Positions 22,444-25,228 of a DNA stretch of 25,228 nucleotides are shown one piece after another. The notes under the pieces were generated by a model. That model searched no databases. It saw nothing but the letters and a program-made list of their open reading frames with translations, and was not told where the DNA came from. Source of the stretch: Macrostomum lignano (taxonomy: Eukaryota); contig NIVC01005136.1 in NCBI GenBank assembly GCA_002269645.1, forward strand, positions 1 to 25,228, written 5' to 3'. Within the stretch, counting starts at the first letter, position 1. Each line of letters begins with the position of its first letter. Position numbers and translations under genes: made by a program.

Positions 22444-23320
22444 AGACAAAACGAGTTTCGAATACTTTATCTGCAGCTAGCTAAGGTGTGATTGGAATAA
22501 ACTAATAAAAAAATGAAGCTAGCAATGTAAGAATTGAAAAATCCAGTGCAGAATCACAATTGCGGCATTTATTTGCATTCGCAAAGTGTTGGCATGCAAA
22601 TTTTAAGAAAACATTTTGTCCAAGGTTAAATAAAACCGAAGCTGACCAAAAAAAGTTTATTGTGTTTCATGTTTTCAACAGTCGAAATACTATGCTTGAT
22701 ACTACTTAGTAAGTAGCCAATGCAATGGGAACAGAGCAGCTCAGTGATAAACGCGCCACAACCCCTAGTTCGATTCAGTGCTCGATCGCATTCATTTGGG
22801 GCTTGTGTGTGCACGAAGTTTGGCCGGAAGGTTGTCCTGCGATTCACAGCTATGAGGGCCAACCCCAAGCGCTGGTTGCGGGAAGATGTCGCCGAAGGCG
22901 TCGCGCCAGGGTGGCCGCAACCCTCCGGAGAACATTTTTAATACATATTTTTACATTATTAGTCAGCTCATCAGCAATTAGGAGACATTATTAAATAAAA
23001 AATAAGTGTTTAGACTGTTGAAAACCCATTGTAAAAAGAAACATGAACACTCGACCTGAACTGGATTACTATGGAAACAATTAAATACTGACAAGTCCAA
23101 GCTTCACTGCAGAGGATTGAAACTGCCGCAAAGACCTTTAGCAACAGTACCTCCGATTGGCAGCAACGCGTGTAAAAAGCAGGGAAGTCTTAGTTACAAA
23201 CTAAGTGCAGAGAGTTCAGCAGTGGAAAGGATGGTTAAGCAGTTTGGGATAACTTTAACGATGTTATAATTAAAGTTGGGAGTGCAGATGCGAACTCAGA
23301 TTGCTTTGGAATTTGGAATT

Positions 23321-23509
23321 ATGTGCAACCGACAGCTCAGCCGCAGCTATTGCGCGGCGCATCTGAAGGCTGCGTACGGCTGTTCAGTCCAAGGACTGGG
23401 GGGGTCGCCACACACAGCCTCAATTACCCCAGCTAATGCTGGCACCCATTTTACAGCTGGGTGAACTGAAGCAATGCAGAGTTAAGTGTCTTGCTCAAGG
23501 ACACAAATT
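23321..23509 (-). mobile_element. Truncated SINE copy (CORE-like region and most of the 3' part; no tRNA head)
   Basis: Near-identical to about 24903-25090; by eye 3 substitutions and one G-run indel in about 189 bp. Confidence 0.88.
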
Positions 23510-24050
23510 ATATTGATTTGATTATAAAAGTTAACTTTTATACCTGCTTGAGAAATGAGACTATTTTTAAGCAGTAATTTATGACTCAAAAAAATTGTTT
23601 TACCGATCTGAGCATTTAAATTACAAATAATAAGTTCACAAATAAGGCTATTTATGAACTTATTTGCAAAGAAATATTTTTGTATTAACAGTGTACCGAA
23701 AACAATAAAGTTAATAAAAATCTGACATTTATGCTGATGCAAACTCTGTACAGCATGTACGGAAGCATGAATTGCTAATTAACAATTACTGCAATTACAT
23801 CTAAAATCAATCAGCACTAATTAAACCCCCTAGCTAAAATCTTAGTGCAAATTATACAGACAAATCGCTATTGAATACAGAAATATCCGTTCTGTTCCAT
23901 TAGCAAATAGAAAAATCATGAGAGTAATCTAGCAGAATAAAATAGGCATCGCTTACCGCAATAGAGAATTATTAGTAATCAAACGCGTTATGATTAATTT
24001 GCACAGTTATGGTTAGGTTAATCAACGCAGGCCGTGCTTGCACAAGCAGC

Positions 24051-24149
24051 TTAGGAGTAGATCAGGCTCTGCTGCTCCTCGTCAATGTCCAAAGACAGCG
24101 TGAGGGATGCCGGTCGATTGTTTCGGAATAGAAAAAACTGCACCATTAT
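24051..24149 (-). CDS. Terminal exon of an upstream gene, probably a PQ-loop lysosomal transporter (PQLC2/SLC66A1-like): IMVQFFLFRNNRPASLTLSLDIDEEQQSLIYS*
   Basis: A long polypyrimidine tract and ctttcag|ATA acceptor at 24149; 33 codons to TAA. IMVQFFLFR resembles PQLC2 ISIQFLVYR, and EQQSLI fits the [DE]xxxL[LI] lysosomal sorting signal. Only 32 aa are visible, so the family call is tentative. Confidence 0.55.
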   Translation of the reverse strand: MMVQFFLFRNNRPASLTLSLDIDEEQQSLIYS

Positions 24150-24334
24150 CTGAAAGCGGGGCCGGGTGGGAAGATGAAAGAAAAGAGGAGAGAAGATGAG
24201 AGACGATAGAAAAGAGCTGGGAAGAGAAGAGACAAACCTTGAGCGGGCCGGATTGCTATTTTGAATTTTCAAAAGACCCGAGGGCGGGATAGAGAGGCTT
24301 CGCGTAACGCAAGTTTTCCGACCTTTGGATTAAA

Positions 24335-24408
24335 GCAGACAGACAGACAGACAGACGGACAGACAGACAGACAGACTTGCAGACAGACAGACAGACAGAA
24401 AGACTTGC

Positions 24409-24459
<51 letters not shown>

Positions 24460-24468
24460 AAGACTTGC

Positions 24469-24535
<67 letters not shown>

Positions 24536-24549
24536 ACAGAAAGACTTGC

Positions 24550-24581
<32 letters not shown>

Positions 24582-24617
24582 TTGCAGACAGACAGACAGA
24601 CAGACAGAAAGACTTGC

Positions 24618-24652
<35 letters not shown>

Positions 24653-24661
24653 AAGACTTGC

Positions 24662-24717
<56 letters not shown>

Positions 24718-24773
24718 GGACAGACAGACGGACAGACAGACAGACAGACTTGCAGACAGACAGACAGACTTGC

Positions 24774-24804
<31 letters not shown>

Positions 24805-24848
24805 AAGACTTGCAGACAGACAGACAGACAGACAGACTTGCAACTTGC
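24335..24848. repeat. (GACA)n microsatellite with recurring CTTGCA / AAAGACTTGCA interruptions
   Basis: Direct observation; it explains the QTDR/SVCL ORFs. Confidence 0.97.
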
Positions 24849-24861
24849 AGCCTCAGCAGAT

Positions 24862-25170
24862 ATAATAATAATAATTGATTACACCCAACCAAATTGGGCC
24901 AGATGTGCAACCGACAGCTCAGCCGCAGCTATTGCGCAGCGCATCTGAAGGCTGCGTACGGCTGTTCAGTCCAAGGGCTGGGGGGTCGCCACGCACAGCC
25001 TCAATTACCCCAGCTAATGCTGGCACCCATTTTACAGCTGGGTGAACTGAAGCAATGCAGAGTTAAGTGTCTTGCTCAAGGACACAAATTGTTCCAGTGG
25101 GACCGGGATTCGAACCCCCGACCTTTCAGTCGGAAGTCCGACGCTCTGACCACTAGGCTGCAACCCCTCC
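24862..25170 (-). mobile_element. Full-length tRNA-derived SINE with a CORE-like central domain and an (ATT)n tail
   Basis: Read on the minus strand: A-box-like TGCAGCCTAGTGG (25162-25150), B-box GGTTCGAATCCC (25116-25105), then TGTGTCCTTGAGCAAGACACTTAACTCT..CTGTAAAATGGG (25086-25026), which resembles the MIR CORE (tgtgaccttgggcaagtcacttaacctct..ctgtaaaatggg). It ends in ATTATTATTATT. A second copy lies at 23321. Confidence 0.85.
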
Positions 25171-25228
25171 AGTTATTAGATAAAGAGAAGAAAGCAGAAA
25201 ACTAGTAGTAAACACTTTGCAAGCATAT

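Noticed and set aside
25095-25170. Functional tRNA gene on the minus strand
   Set aside because: A and B boxes are present, but the anticodon stem (TCGGA/CTGAA) and T-stem (GGGGG/CCCGG) pair poorly, and it runs directly into a CORE-like SINE body.

Overview
This is eukaryotic animal genomic DNA, not prokaryotic. GC-rich exons alternate with AT-rich, minisatellite-filled introns and spacers. That style suggests a flatworm such as Macrostomum, but the taxon is an inference. I reconstructed five co-oriented minus-strand genes by hand from GT-AG sites and reading phase. In transcription order they are: the last exon of a probable PQ-loop lysosomal transporter (24149-24051); LCMT1 (3 exons, 329 aa, intact); a PNPLA6/7 (NTE/swiss cheese) phospholipase (4 exons, about 1213 aa); a PLEKHM2/SKIP RUN+PH adaptor (4 exons, about 845 aa, one 1-nt frameshift); and an alpha/beta-hydrolase-fold gene (2 exons, apparently two frameshifts). 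All nine reconstructed introns and the spacers carry tandem repeats, each with a different unit. A tRNA-headed CORE-like SINE is present as one full and one truncated copy. The most notable pattern is that two downstream genes have no usable in-frame ATG, yet their N-termini begin at phase-0 splice acceptors. This fits a polycistronic cluster resolved by spliced-leader trans-splicing in which the leader's terminal AUG supplies the start codon. That is a testable hypothesis, not a demonstrated fact. All homology calls come from recalled motifs, without database searches.
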